From: Saccharofermentanales bacterium | GTDB taxonomy: Bacteria > Bacillota > Clostridia > Saccharofermentanales > DTU023 | DNA length: 64,000 nt | Assembly (NCBI GenBank): GCA_050951925.1 | Contig: JBMNJZ010000001.1 | Location: 1,195,915-1,259,914 of the forward strand | Reading direction: 5' to 3' | In this document: positions 8,812-19,254 of the stretch, piece by piece | Numbering within the stretch: the first letter of the stretch is position 1 | How the letters are laid out: the number at the start of each line of letters is the position of its first letter | Position numbers and translations under genes: made by a program | The notes under the pieces: model-generated | The model's database searches: none | What the model saw: only the letters and a program-made list of their open reading frames with translations | Told to the model about the DNA's origin: nothing

Positions 8812-10539
8812 ATGCAATTTAAGACTGAGCTAATACAGTTATTGGCCGCGGAATCCGGCCTGGAGCAATCGCTTTTCGCTTCTTTGCTGGAGGTGCCGCC
8901 GCAATCGGATCTGGGCGACTTGGCCTTGCCTTGTTTCCGCCTGGCCAAGGTTTTGCGCCAGGCGCCGGTTCAGATCGCTGCTGATCTGAAAGAAAAAATT
9001 TCCGGTAAATTGCCCTGGTTGGTGCGAATTGATGTCGTAGGCGGCTATCTGAACTTTTTCTTTGATCCTGCTCAATATGCCGCCGCGGTGCTGCGGCAAT
9101 GCCTGGTGTCAGATTATTGTCCCGGCTCAGGCGACGAAGGCGCCGGAAAAACGGTTCTGGTGGAATATTCGTCGCCGAATATCGCCAAGCCTTTTCATGT
9201 GGGTCACGCTTTCTCGACCTTGCTGGGCGAGACAATTGCCAATCTCTATGAGCATCGCGGTTATAAAGTTATCAGGCTCAACCATTTGGGCGACTATGGA
9301 ACTCAATTCGGCAAGCTGATATCCGCCTGGAAGCGCTGGGGCGATGAAGCGGCACTGGCAGCAGATCCGATTACGGAGCTTAATCGGGTCTATGTCAAAT
9401 TCTATCAGGAGCTTGAGGAGTATCCCGAATTGGAGGACGAGGGGCGAGCGTACTTCAGACTTCTAGAGGATCGGGCGCCGGAGGAATATGCGCTCTGGGA
9501 ACTGTTTAGAAGATTGAGCCTGGAAGCCTTCGACAAGATCTATCGCAGATTGAATATCAACTTTGACAATATGAACGGCGAGAGTTTTTATTCCGATCTG
9601 ATACCGGAGGTAGTTGAGCTATTGCAGAAAAAAGGACTTTTGGCTGAAAGCGATGGTGCCTTGGTCGTGAATCTGGACGAGTATAATCTCAATCCCTGTC
9701 TGATTCTTAAATCCGATGGTGCTACTATCTATGCTTCGAGAGATATCGCAGCAGTTTACTATCGGGATCGGGAATGGGATTTTTACCGCAACATCTATGT
9801 TGTGGGGCTGCCGCAAAAAAATCATTTTCAACAAGTTTTTGCCGTGCTGAAAAAAGCTGATTTCACTAAAGCTGATCAGTGCGTCCATGTGCCTTTCGGA
9901 ACGGTTCGTGGTGCTGATGCGGTTTTTTCAACCAGATACGGCAATGTCATTTTGCTGGATGATCTTCTGGCGGAAAGTGTAAATAAAACCCGGGAAATCA
10001 TTCTGACCAATAATCCTGATATGAGTGAGACAGAGGTGGATCAAATTGCCGAAAGCGTTGGCGTTGGAGCCGTAAGATATACTTTTCTGCGCAATGGCAG
10101 GGAAAGGGATATCATCTTTTCCTGGGAAGATATGCTTGACTTTGAGGGCGATTCAGCCCCTTATCTGCAGTACTGTTATGCCAGATGTTCCAGTATTCTC
10201 CGCTTAGCGGAGACCAGAGGAATTTGGCCTCAGGATCAAATCGATCCGGTTCAAGCCGGTCAGTATTTGACCGGTCCTGAGGAACAGGCAATTCTGAAGT
10301 TGACAGCTGACTTTGAGGATGCTGTTTTGGAGGCATTGACGACTCATGAGCCTTCAATTATGCTGCGAAATATCAGCCAGCTGGCCAGAGCGTTTAACCG
10401 TTTTTATCACAGTCATTCCATATTGCATGCCGAAACGGAAGAACTGATCAAAGCCCGCTTGATGCTGACTGAAATCACCAGACTATATCTGTATACCGGT
10501 CTCAGGCTTGCCGGTATCGATGCCTTAGAAAGAATGTAA
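8812..10539 (+). CDS. argS: Arginine--tRNA ligase
   Basis: VEYSSPNIAKPFHVGH, NHLGDYGTQFG, APYLQY, ends in ERM. Confidence 0.96.
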   Translation: MQFKTELIQLLAAESGLEQSLFASLLEVPPQSDLGDLALPCFRLAKVLRQAPVQIAADLKEKISGKLPWLVRIDVVGGYLNFFFDPAQYAAAVLRQCLVSDYCPGSGDEGAGKTVLVEYSSPNIAKPFHVGHAFSTLLGETIANLYEHRGYKVIRLNHLGDYGTQFGKLISAWKRWGDEAALAADPITELNRVYVKFYQELEEYPELEDEGRAYFRLLEDRAPEEYALWELFRRLSLEAFDKIYRRLNINFDNMNGESFYSDLIPEVVELLQKKGLLAESDGALVVNLDEYNLNPCLILKSDGATIYASRDIAAVYYRDREWDFYRNIYVVGLPQKNHFQQVFAVLKKADFTKADQCVHVPFGTVRGADAVFSTRYGNVILLDDLLAESVNKTREIILTNNPDMSETEVDQIAESVGVGAVRYTFLRNGRERDIIFSWEDMLDFEGDSAPYLQYCYARCSSILRLAETRGIWPQDQIDPVQAGQYLTGPEEQAILKLTADFEDAVLEALTTHEPSIMLRNISQLARAFNRFYHSHSILHAETEELIKARLMLTEITRLYLYTGLRLAGIDALERM

Positions 10540-12218
10540 TGACAGATTTCTTTAAATTGAAATATATTCCCCCGGATACTGCAGAGATCCAAGATCAATT
10601 GCGCAAAATGCGCTTGCGAATGCGCATGTCCCTATCAGCTGAGAGCATTGTAAGCAGTTTAACTGATCTTGATCAGTTATTGCGGGAATTGTCGGAAAAA
10701 TATTTAATCAGCCAGATTTACTACTCTCAACAGCCGGATGACGAATATTGGCAAAGACAATATGAGAGTTTTTTACTCTGGCTTCCTCTGTTTAAGATCA
10801 GTTTGCAGGAAACATTATCCGTTTTGGTGGATCATCGCTCCGGTGAGATTATAGCAGAGCAGTCAGGGGATAATGCTTTCCGAATAGCAGAGGCTCTTTT
10901 GTCAACTTATGTCAGTTCTGTCAGCTCGGAACAACAGGAGCTGATGCAATGCCGCCTGCGCTACGTCAGAATAATTGAGGAATTGGGCTTATTGCCCTAC
11001 GGTTTTTTTCAACCCGGCTATTTGTTGAAGCGTCAGTTGACACAGCTCGATAGTGAACGCCGCAAAACTTCATTTCTTAAGTTTGTCCAGGCTTTTCAGT
11101 TTTGTAAGGAGGAATTACTGCAGCTTTACTTGCGCATCCTGGCGCTACAGCGACAAATCAGCCAAAAACTTGGTTATGCGCGCATAACGGATTATCTGGA
11201 GAAGGAGCGCCTGCTCGTGACCACTGTCAGCCGCTCTCAGGAGAGCGACTTTGCCCATACGCTCAGACGTTATTTCCTTCCGCTGCAGTATGAATTGAGA
11301 AGACAGCAAGCATTGCGTTTGGGCAAAGACAGCCTATCTATATGTGACCGTTGGTTCCCGACTCCTGAGGGCCTGCCGGCTCCTGACGCAGCAAATAACA
11401 ATCTGGAGGCGATAAAGATTTGCCTCAATGATTTGTTCGATGATGGAGCTGATTTTCTGCTGGAAGCGCTTACTCTGACAGAGGAGATAACTTCAGCTGA
11501 AAGCTATGAGAAAATTCACCGTCACAGTTTTCATCTGCCGGTTGCCGATTTGCCATTTCTGGCTTCTTATCTTTCTCCGGAGGGTTATCACACCTATCCG
11601 CTATTTTATGAGGCAGGGTGTCTTTGTGCTGATACAGCTGCTTTCCGCAATCGAGTCGATCTTTTTGCCTGGAGTCCTGACCTTGAAATCCGTGAAGTAT
11701 GCGGAGTTGCAGTTGAAACTTTGAGTTCGGCTTATTGTACTGATATCTTAGGCGATCAAACCGAGAATGCGTATGATATACGGTTAATAGAGGTGGTTCA
11801 GGAGTTAATGACAGCCGCGGCATTGACTCTGTTTGAGCAGGAGGTCTTCTCACTGGTAAATCCCGGGGACAATGATCTAATCGAAATTTGGGATAGAGTA
11901 GAGCTCGGATCCGGTCTTAACGGTCCGCCGTGGGATAATAGCGAAAATTTCCTGGATGGATACGGTTTTCTTTTACAGCCGGCACTTTTTCTGAATCCTT
12001 TGCAGCATTTATCGAAGGCTCGCGCCTATGTCAGGATCTGGTCTTTCAAACCATTCTCCCGACAGGGAACACATAAACTGGGTACGGCTCTGTCAAATTT
12101 GCTGGCCGGTGATACCACAAGATCCGATCAGTTGATCAAGGCTGGTTTTTCACAGCCATTGACTGACTTGGATCTCAAATTGGCCGCCTTCAATCTCTGC
12201 GATCGTCTGCAATTATAA
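10539..12218 (+). CDS. M3 oligoendopeptidase-like protein, probably catalytically degenerate
   Basis: Size (559 aa) and landmarks (DSERRK, QISQKLGY, RRQQALRLG, PFL, E..E......E, IW..VE) follow clostridial M3 peptidases; the HEXXH position reads YEAGC. Confidence 0.6.
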   Translation: MTDFFKLKYIPPDTAEIQDQLRKMRLRMRMSLSAESIVSSLTDLDQLLRELSEKYLISQIYYSQQPDDEYWQRQYESFLLWLPLFKISLQETLSVLVDHRSGEIIAEQSGDNAFRIAEALLSTYVSSVSSEQQELMQCRLRYVRIIEELGLLPYGFFQPGYLLKRQLTQLDSERRKTSFLKFVQAFQFCKEELLQLYLRILALQRQISQKLGYARITDYLEKERLLVTTVSRSQESDFAHTLRRYFLPLQYELRRQQALRLGKDSLSICDRWFPTPEGLPAPDAANNNLEAIKICLNDLFDDGADFLLEALTLTEEITSAESYEKIHRHSFHLPVADLPFLASYLSPEGYHTYPLFYEAGCLCADTAAFRNRVDLFAWSPDLEIREVCGVAVETLSSAYCTDILGDQTENAYDIRLIEVVQELMTAAALTLFEQEVFSLVNPGDNDLIEIWDRVELGSGLNGPPWDNSENFLDGYGFLLQPALFLNPLQHLSKARAYVRIWSFKPFSRQGTHKLGTALSNLLAGDTTRSDQLIKAGFSQPLTDLDLKLAAFNLCDRLQL

Positions 12219-12232
12219 CCCGGGAGCTTGTG

Positions 12233-12835
12233 ATGAAAATAGTTATAGCTACTAATAATATGGATAAATTGGCTGAACTCAGATCACTGCTTGAACCTAC
12301 CGGTTGCGTATTGATTAGCATGGCTGAAGTCGGATTTACCGACGAGATCGCGGAAAAGGGGGCCAGTTATCACGAAAATGCCTATATCAAGGCCAAGGCG
12401 GTCTTTGATTTTTGCCGGTGCCCGGTGCTGGCTGATGATACCGGCTTATCAGTTGATTTGCTGGATGGCGCGCCTGGTCTTTATACTGCGAGATTTGCCG
12501 GTGTCAAAACGAGTTATGCCGATAAAATTGAAGCGCTGTGGTCTTTATTAAAACCATATCCGAAACAGCAGTGGACTGCCAGCTTTCACTGTGTTCTGTG
12601 TTTTATTTATAACGACAAAGCATATTATTTCACTGGTCAGATTGAAGGTATCATTTTGGATCAAAAACGCGGCAGGAACGGCTTTGGATACGATCCAGTT
12701 TTTTATCTGCCGGATATCGGTCTGACCACAGCTGAAATGCTGCCCGAGGAGAAAAATAAAATTAGTCACAGAGGGATCGCGATGACTAAGTTTCGGGATT
12801 TCTTGCAAGACCTTGAAGAGGAGGCGGACAGATAA
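12233..12835 (+). CDS. rdgB: Non-canonical purine NTP pyrophosphatase (RdgB/HAM1)
   Basis: IATNN..K, ADDTGL, APGLYTARF, GFGYDP, KNKISHR. Confidence 0.93.
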   Translation: MKIVIATNNMDKLAELRSLLEPTGCVLISMAEVGFTDEIAEKGASYHENAYIKAKAVFDFCRCPVLADDTGLSVDLLDGAPGLYTARFAGVKTSYADKIEALWSLLKPYPKQQWTASFHCVLCFIYNDKAYYFTGQIEGIILDQKRGRNGFGYDPVFYLPDIGLTTAEMLPEEKNKISHRGIAMTKFRDFLQDLEEEADR

Positions 12836-13273
12836 ATGAAAAAGGATGAATACCTTATTGTCAGAGCTGATGTTCTGCCTGATGTATTCCGCAAAGTAAT
12901 TGATGTTAAAAATTTGCTGGATTCGGGAGAAGTGTTTTCCGTTAGTAGTGCGGTACAGCGAATCAAAATCAGCCGCAGCGCCTATTATAAATATCGCGAC
13001 GCTGTCAGACCCTTTGCTGAAACCAAGCGCGGTATGATGTTTTCCCTATTGCTTCAGATTGAAAATTTTTCGGGGATTTTGCCTGCAGCTATGGAGGCGA
13101 TCTCAAATAGCGGTGCCCGAATAATCAATTTGCATCAGAATGTGGCAATAAAAGGTTTGTCTACAGTATTGGTTACTTTGGATGATGCCTTAATGAAGGA
13201 TACGACAGCGGAACTGTTAACCAGATTGCGTCGGGTGCATGGGATACGAACGATCACAATTGTGGATAAATAA
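12836..13273 (+). CDS. ACT domain protein (PheB/UPF0735-like)
   Basis: VLPDVF.KV...K.LL, ISRSAYYKYRD. Confidence 0.85.
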   Translation: MKKDEYLIVRADVLPDVFRKVIDVKNLLDSGEVFSVSSAVQRIKISRSAYYKYRDAVRPFAETKRGMMFSLLLQIENFSGILPAAMEAISNSGARIINLHQNVAIKGLSTVLVTLDDALMKDTTAELLTRLRRVHGIRTITIVDK

Positions 13274-13307
13274 TGACAGATCATGGTAGATCGCGCTGAA
13301 ATAGTTT

Positions 13308-14072
13308 ATGATTTTGGCGAGAGATAAAATGCGAAAGATTAGTGTATTTAATGCCTATAGATTTTATGAACTGGAGCCTGAGCGTCATGTCCAGTCCTGG
13401 TTTTTAGTGCTCTTCCTGGCCTATTCCGCACTGATGATGGGTTTGTCCGGTAAAGATCTTCAGACCAGGATAATGTTGCAGATTACGGAGTGGCTGCTCA
13501 ATCCCAGTTTAGTTCTGCCGAAAATCGATCCTATCTTTTATGTTTATATGTCACTTTATCCGCTGGTTTTGCTGGTGGGCTTTATACTGGCTGTGAGCTA
13601 TTCAGCAACCATGGTCGGCAATGTGTTCAATAAGGAGAAAAAATCGGCCCTGCCGCAGGTTCTGCGCAAAATATTTCCTTTGACCGTTTTTGCCTGTATC
13701 AGCGGCGGGATTCATCTGCTATCAATTCTTCTGCTTGAGATTCCATATTACTTTTTTATGTCGGCCTTCTATTTTGTACCGCTTAAATTGGTTTTAGAGC
13801 GGCAGTCATTATCCTCAGCTATGGAGCAAAGTTGGCGCTTGACTAAAGGATATAAGTTGCAGATTTTCACCAGTGTTATTGCTGTTACATTCCTTTTGCG
13901 CTTTATTACGCAATTTCTCATTGGCATGCTGGCCAGCTCAGCCTGGGCGGGAAGCCTGCTGATGGGTTTCTTTTTTGCTTTTCGGACGCTTGCTTCAGGG
14001 CGTCTCAACGGCATTATATATCTCTCTCAATTGAGTATTCGGTCAACGGACTACAAATTGGACGATCTCTGA
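13308..14072 (+). CDS. Hypothetical integral membrane protein
   Basis: About 6 hydrophobic segments; AMEQSWRLTKG motif typical of small membrane domains. Confidence 0.6.
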   Translation: MILARDKMRKISVFNAYRFYELEPERHVQSWFLVLFLAYSALMMGLSGKDLQTRIMLQITEWLLNPSLVLPKIDPIFYVYMSLYPLVLLVGFILAVSYSATMVGNVFNKEKKSALPQVLRKIFPLTVFACISGGIHLLSILLLEIPYYFFMSAFYFVPLKLVLERQSLSSAMEQSWRLTKGYKLQIFTSVIAVTFLLRFITQFLIGMLASSAWAGSLLMGFFFAFRTLASGRLNGIIYLSQLSIRSTDYKLDDL

Positions 14073-14121
14073 CGACTTTGTGCCCGGGAATTTATATGAG
14101 CATAGAGGAGAGAGAAAATCA

Positions 14122-15234
14122 GTGATACTTGAATTTGAACAATTAAATATTGATCTTGAACAAAAAAAACAGGAATTGCTGGAATTGGAGCGCGCTCTGA
14201 ATTTTGATAACGAGCAGACAGAATTGAAAGAACTAACCCGTCTGACATCTGATCCTGATTTCTGGTCTGATCCTGATCAGGCCCGGGTTACTCAAAAACG
14301 CATCAGTGAAATCACCAATAAATACGAGGAGTATCATAGTTTGCTGAATGCTTTGGATGATCTGGCGGTATTGTGCGAGCTGGGAGCTGAAGAAGGGGAC
14401 AGAGGTGTGATTCCTGAGATAACGACAGCACTAAAGAAATGGAGCCGCGACTTCGAACATATGCGCCTGAGAACATTGCTTACCGAAGAACATGATGCTG
14501 CCAATGCTATTATCACTCTTCATGCCGGAGCCGGCGGCACCGAGGCTCAGGACTGGTGTGAGATGCTCTACCGGATGTATTCGCGCTGGGCGGAAAGTAA
14601 AGATTATACGGTGCAGGTTCTGGACTGGCTGGATGGTGATGAAGCCGGGATTAAGAGTATTACTTTTAAGCTGATCGGTGACAATGCTTATGGCTATCTA
14701 CGTTCAGAGCACGGCGTTCATCGCCTGGTGAGAATTTCTCCTTTTGATTCTTCGGGCAGGAGGCATACCTCTTTCGCTTCCGCGGAAGTTTTGCCTGAGC
14801 TCGATGATTCGATCGTAATTGAGATCACAGATGATGATCTTAAGGTTGATGTTTTTCGCGCCTCCGGAGCCGGCGGCCAACATGTCAACAAAACGTCTTC
14901 TGCTGTCAGAATGACACATTTGCCGACCGGTATTGTTGTTTCTTGCCAAAATGAGCGTTCACAGATTCAGAATCGTGAAACCGCTCTGCGCATGTTGAAA
15001 GCCAAGCTATATACTCTGGCCAGGCAGAAGCATATGGATAGAATTGAAGATTTGAAAGGCGATATGCTGGAAATCGGTTGGGGGAGCCAGATCAGATCCT
15101 ATGTTTTTTGTCCGTATACAATGGTTAAAGATCACCGAACCGGTTGTGAGAAGTCGGATATCGAAGCGGTTATGAACGGCGACATAGATGATTTTATCTA
15201 CGCTTATCTGGCTGGAGACAAGATACAAAAATAA
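14122..15234 (+). CDS. prfB: Peptide chain release factor 2 (single continuous frame)
   Basis: GAGGTEAQDW, SPF tripeptide, GGQ; GTG 14122 follows AGAGGAG; no internal stop. Confidence 0.96.
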   Translation: MILEFEQLNIDLEQKKQELLELERALNFDNEQTELKELTRLTSDPDFWSDPDQARVTQKRISEITNKYEEYHSLLNALDDLAVLCELGAEEGDRGVIPEITTALKKWSRDFEHMRLRTLLTEEHDAANAIITLHAGAGGTEAQDWCEMLYRMYSRWAESKDYTVQVLDWLDGDEAGIKSITFKLIGDNAYGYLRSEHGVHRLVRISPFDSSGRRHTSFASAEVLPELDDSIVIEITDDDLKVDVFRASGAGGQHVNKTSSAVRMTHLPTGIVVSCQNERSQIQNRETALRMLKAKLYTLARQKHMDRIEDLKGDMLEIGWGSQIRSYVFCPYTMVKDHRTGCEKSDIEAVMNGDIDDFIYAYLAGDKIQK

Positions 15235-15243
15235 GGAGGCGAT

Positions 15244-15738
15244 ATGCTGAAAGTATTGGTTGTTATGGGCAGCGATTCCGATCTGCCAAAATTAAAACCC
15301 TGCTTGGAGACTCTTAACGATTTTGGTGTGGAGTATTCCGCCCGTGTCTGTTCGGCGCATCGGACACCAGCTCTGGCTCAAGAGCTGGCCGTGACAGCCG
15401 AGGAAGCCGGCTATGGCGTAATCATTGCCGCTGCAGGCCTTGCCGCGCATCTTGCCGGTGTGCTGGCAGCGTATACGTCCTTGCCTGTTATTGGTTTGCC
15501 TATTGCCGGCGGCGCTTTAAACGGGCTGGATGCATTGTATGCGATGGTACAGATGCCTCCTGGCATTCCGGTTGCCACTGTAGCTATTGATGGAGCTAAG
15601 AACGCTGCTTTGCTGGCAATTCAGATTCTGGCCTTGTCATCCCCGAAACTTGCCGGGAAATTGAAACAGGACAAGAGGAAAATGGCGGAGGCCGTAACTA
15701 GTAAGGATCAGAAACTTCAGGATAGTTTAAATGCTTAG
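15244..15738 (+). CDS. purE: N5-CAIR mutase
   Basis: [29 protein letters not shown]. Confidence 0.95.
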   Translation: MLKVLVVMGSDSDLPKLKPCLETLNDFGVEYSARVCSAHRTPALAQELAVTAEEAGYGVIIAAAGLAAHLAGVLAAYTSLPVIGLPIAGGALNGLDALYAMVQMPPGIPVATVAIDGAKNAALLAIQILALSSPKLAGKLKQDKRKMAEAVTSKDQKLQDSLNA

Positions 15739-16345
15739 AATAGCTGTGTTTGTGTCCGGGGGCGGCACAAATTTGCAAAATATTATCGATGCGATCGAGA
15801 GCGGCGAACTTAATAATGTCAAGATCGTCAGGGTGATTTCGTCTAAATCCGGAATTGGCGCTGAACAAAGATCTCGAGAGCATAAGATTCCGTATTCGCT
15901 CTTTGCGCCTTCGTCATATCCTGCGGCAGAGGAGATGAGCGCGGAGATATTGCGACAGCTGCGAAAGGATAATGTGGACCTGGTTGTGCTGGCAGGTTAT
16001 TTGCAGAAAATCGGACCGGAGTTGATTCGGGAATTTCCGGAACGAGTGATTAATATTCATCCGGCCTTGCTGCCGAAATATGGAGGGCAGGGGATGTATG
16101 GCATCAGACCTCATGAGGCTGTGTTGGCTGCAGGTGAATCTGTGACCGGTGCGACAGTTCATATGGTTGATGAAGAGTACGACCGGGGCAGGATTTTATT
16201 GCAAAAGGAGGTGCCTGTGCTGCCGGGCGATGATCCGCCTAGTCTGCAGAAACGTGTAATGGATGAGGCTGAGAAGTTTATATTGCCTCAGGTTATCCGC
16301 TCTTTTGCTGAGGCAAAGGCGATGGGCAGGAAGCCGTTTGAATAA
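15731..16345 (+). CDS. purN: Phosphoribosylglycinamide formyltransferase
   Basis: VSGGGTNLQ, LAGY, NIHPALLP, GATVH, YDRG. Confidence 0.95.
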   Translation: MLRIAVFVSGGGTNLQNIIDAIESGELNNVKIVRVISSKSGIGAEQRSREHKIPYSLFAPSSYPAAEEMSAEILRQLRKDNVDLVVLAGYLQKIGPELIREFPERVINIHPALLPKYGGQGMYGIRPHEAVLAAGESVTGATVHMVDEEYDRGRILLQKEVPVLPGDDPPSLQKRVMDEAEKFILPQVIRSFAEAKAMGRKPFE

Positions 16346-16428
16346 CTTGGTAAGAGTTCGGTGTTTAGATTATTTGATTACTGACCGGGTCTTTTTTCAG
16401 GAACCGGTTGTAAATTAAAGAGGTTTAT

Positions 16429-17970
16429 ATGAAAAGAGCATTGATCAGTGTGTCTGATAAGACCGGAGTTGTAGAATTTGCCCGGAGTCTGCATGGGCTG
16501 GGCTATGAGATTATCTCAACCGGCGGGACGGCAGCGCATCTTGAGGCGGCAGCCATCCCGGTTATTCATGTCGATGAAGTGACCAAGTTTCCGGAATGTC
16601 TGGATGGGCGGGTAAAGACTTTGCATCCGATGATTTTCGGTCCGTTGCTGGGCCGGCGAGATCTGCCTGCTCATCGCGAGCAGATGGCTTTATACGGTAT
16701 GCAGGCCATCGACTTGATTGCGGTAAACCTGTATCCGTTCCGTCAGACTGTTTTGCGGACGAATAAATCGAGGCAGGAATGTGTTGAGCAAATTGATATT
16801 GGAGGACCTTCAATGCTGAGGGCTGCCGCTAAAAATTATCAGGATGTGCTGGTGGTCTGCGATCCTCGTGATTATGACCGCGTGATCGGCAGCTTGACTG
16901 AGGGTGAGGCGGGGATAGATTTGCGATTCGAATTAGCGCTTAAGGTTTTCGAGCAGACTGCGGCCTATGATGCTGTCATCGCTGAGTGGTTGAGGTCTGA
17001 GGCTGAAGGCTCCGGTCTTGATTTAGAGCCGGGAGCGGCTTTTACTGCCAGCTATATTCATTTAGCCAAACTTCGCTATGGCGAAAATCCGCAGCAGGGA
17101 GCCGATTATTACCAGACAGCGCTCCCGGTCCCGGGCTCACTGACCGGCGCTGAGCAATTATCCGGAAAGGAGTTGTCCTATAACAATATTGCGGACACGG
17201 ATGCAGCGCTGGCATTGGTTCGTGAGTTTGATCGGCCCTGTATTGTTGCGGTCAAACACGCCAATCCTTGCGGGGTAGGGGTCTGTGATAATTTAATCGG
17301 CGCCTGGACCAAGGCATATGAATGTGACCCGGTTTCTATCTTCGGCGGTATTGTCGCTGCCAACAGAATCGTAGAAGCGGATGTAGCAACCAGGATGAAC
17401 GAAATATTTTTGGAAGTTGTTGTAGCTCCGGATTTCACGGCAGAGGCTTTGACGATTTTGAAGCAGAAGCCGAATCTTCGTCTTATGAAATTGCCTGACC
17501 TTACAGAAGGTTTTTGCCGGCGGAAGCTAAAAGATGTTTTAGGCGGTCTGCTGGTACAAGATGAAGATAATGAAGCGGATGATCGGAACTGGTCAGTCCC
17601 AACTAAGATCAAGCCTTTGGAGGCACAGAATGCCGACCTTCTCTTTGGCATGAAAGTCGTCAAGCATGTTAAGTCTAATGCGATTGTTCTGGTCAAAGAT
17701 GGCGCTACCGTAGGGATAGGAGCCGGCCAGATGAATAGAGTACAGTCCGCCCGGATTGCTATTGAGCAGGCGGGAGATAAGGCTCAAGGGGCGATATTAG
17801 CTTCCGATGCCTTCTTCCCCTTTGCGGATACTGTAGCGGAGGCGCACCGAGCCGGTGTAGCAGCAATTATTCAGCCCGGCGGCTCACTGAAGGATGCTGA
17901 CAGCATAGAATACTGTGACACTAATGGTTTACCTATGGTTCTGACAGGAGTGCGACATTTCCGCCATTAG
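16429..17970 (+). CDS. purH: AICAR formyltransferase / IMP cyclohydrolase
   Basis: RALISVSDKTG, GRVKTLHP, IDIGGP, LRYGENP, KHANPCG, ASDAFFPF, RHFRH. Confidence 0.96.
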   Translation: MKRALISVSDKTGVVEFARSLHGLGYEIISTGGTAAHLEAAAIPVIHVDEVTKFPECLDGRVKTLHPMIFGPLLGRRDLPAHREQMALYGMQAIDLIAVNLYPFRQTVLRTNKSRQECVEQIDIGGPSMLRAAAKNYQDVLVVCDPRDYDRVIGSLTEGEAGIDLRFELALKVFEQTAAYDAVIAEWLRSEAEGSGLDLEPGAAFTASYIHLAKLRYGENPQQGADYYQTALPVPGSLTGAEQLSGKELSYNNIADTDAALALVREFDRPCIVAVKHANPCGVGVCDNLIGAWTKAYECDPVSIFGGIVAANRIVEADVATRMNEIFLEVVVAPDFTAEALTILKQKPNLRLMKLPDLTEGFCRRKLKDVLGGLLVQDEDNEADDRNWSVPTKIKPLEAQNADLLFGMKVVKHVKSNAIVLVKDGATVGIGAGQMNRVQSARIAIEQAGDKAQGAILASDAFFPFADTVAEAHRAGVAAIIQPGGSLKDADSIEYCDTNGLPMVLTGVRHFRH

Positions 17971-17979
17971 GAGGGTCTT

Positions 17980-19254
17980 ATGCCAAAAAGTGGAGATATT
18001 GTTCTGGTGGTAGGCGGAGGCGGACGGGAACACGCTGTAATCCACGCCTTGTCGAGAAGTCCGGATATCGCGGAATTACATTGTGCTCCGGGTAATGGTG
18101 GTATTTCGGAACTGGCAATCTGTCATCCAACCGTTAAGGCGACCGATATTGATGCGCAAGTTAGTTTGGCTGTCAGGTTGCAGTGTGATTTCGTAATCGT
18201 AACCCCGGACGATCCACTGGCTCTGGGACTGGTGGACAGATTAGAAGCTGCCGGAGTTAAAGCTTTCGGCCCCTCTGCGGCAGCGGCTCAACTGGAATCC
18301 AGCAAGATCTTTGCCAAAGAAATTATGAACCGTCTGTCGATTCCTACTGCTGCGGCAAAAGTATGTTGCTCACCTCAGGAGGCTCTGACTTTTCTGATAG
18401 ATTGTCGCTATCCAATAGTAATTAAAGCTGATGGACTGGCTCAGGGGAAAGGCGTTTTGATCTGCATGGATCGGGCAGAGGCTACACAGGCTGTGACAGA
18501 TCTGATGGAGAATCGAATTTTCGGTGCGTCCGGGAGTAGAATTTTAGTCGAGGAGTTTCTGACTGGCCCGGAAGTGACAATGCTCTGCTTCAGTGATGGA
18601 AAGAATCTATTGCTTTTGCCAAGCTCCAGGGATCACAAGCGGATCGGCGATGGGGATACCGGGCCTAATACAGGCGGTATGGGCGCAATTGCTCCCATAG
18701 CTGAAATTAATTCTGAATTGCAAGAGAGAATTCTTAATACAGTCTTTAAACCGGTAATTGAGGAAATGGACAGATTAGGCACTCCTTTTAAAGGCATACT
18801 TTATGGCGGCTTGATGCTGACTGATAACGGCCCTTATGTTATTGAATTCAACGCGCGCTTTGGCGATCCTGAAGCTCAAGCCGTATTGCCCTTGGTTAAG
18901 AATGATCTTTATACGCTTTTAAAGGCCACTATGGCCGGGGAGCTTGACAAATACCAACTGGAGTACGACGGCGACTTTAGTTGCGTTGTGATGATGGCTT
19001 CGCAAGGATATCCGGGGAAATATCAGACAGGCTATACTATCTCCGGTTTGGATAAGGTGCAGGACGCCTTTGTCTATCATTCCGGAACCGAGAAGATTAA
19101 CGACCGGTTTGTGACTTCCGGCGGCCGAGTACTTGGGGTTTCGGCTCAGGCGGATAGTCTGGATTCCGCGATTGCCAAAGCCTATTCTGAACTCGCCAAA
19201 ATAAGTTTTAATAACAATGTTTATCGTCGTGACATCGGCAGGAATTTGAGGTGA
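17980..19254 (+). CDS. purD: Phosphoribosylamine--glycine ligase
   Basis: [48 protein letters not shown]. Confidence 0.96.
   Translation: MPKSGDIVLVVGGGGREHAVIHALSRSPDIAELHCAPGNGGISELAICHPTVKATDIDAQVSLAVRLQCDFVIVTPDDPLALGLVDRLEAAGVKAFGPSAAAAQLESSKIFAKEIMNRLSIPTAAAKVCCSPQEALTFLIDCRYPIVIKADGLAQGKGVLICMDRAEATQAVTDLMENRIFGASGSRILVEEFLTGPEVTMLCFSDGKNLLLLPSSRDHKRIGDGDTGPNTGGMGAIAPIAEINSELQERILNTVFKPVIEEMDRLGTPFKGILYGGLMLTDNGPYVIEFNARFGDPEAQAVLPLVKNDLYTLLKATMAGELDKYQLEYDGDFSCVVMMASQGYPGKYQTGYTISGLDKVQDAFVYHSGTEKINDRFVTSGGRVLGVSAQADSLDSAIAKAYSELAKISFNNNVYRRDIGRNLR

Noticed and set aside
14248..14277. TCTGATCCTGAT direct repeat in prfB
   Set aside because: Encodes SDPD-FW-SDPD within the normal RF2 'p.fW.d' segment
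16346..16428. Possible ZTP or purine riboswitch upstream of purH
   Set aside because: Only a weak ACCGG/CCGGT stem; conserved riboswitch motifs are not present
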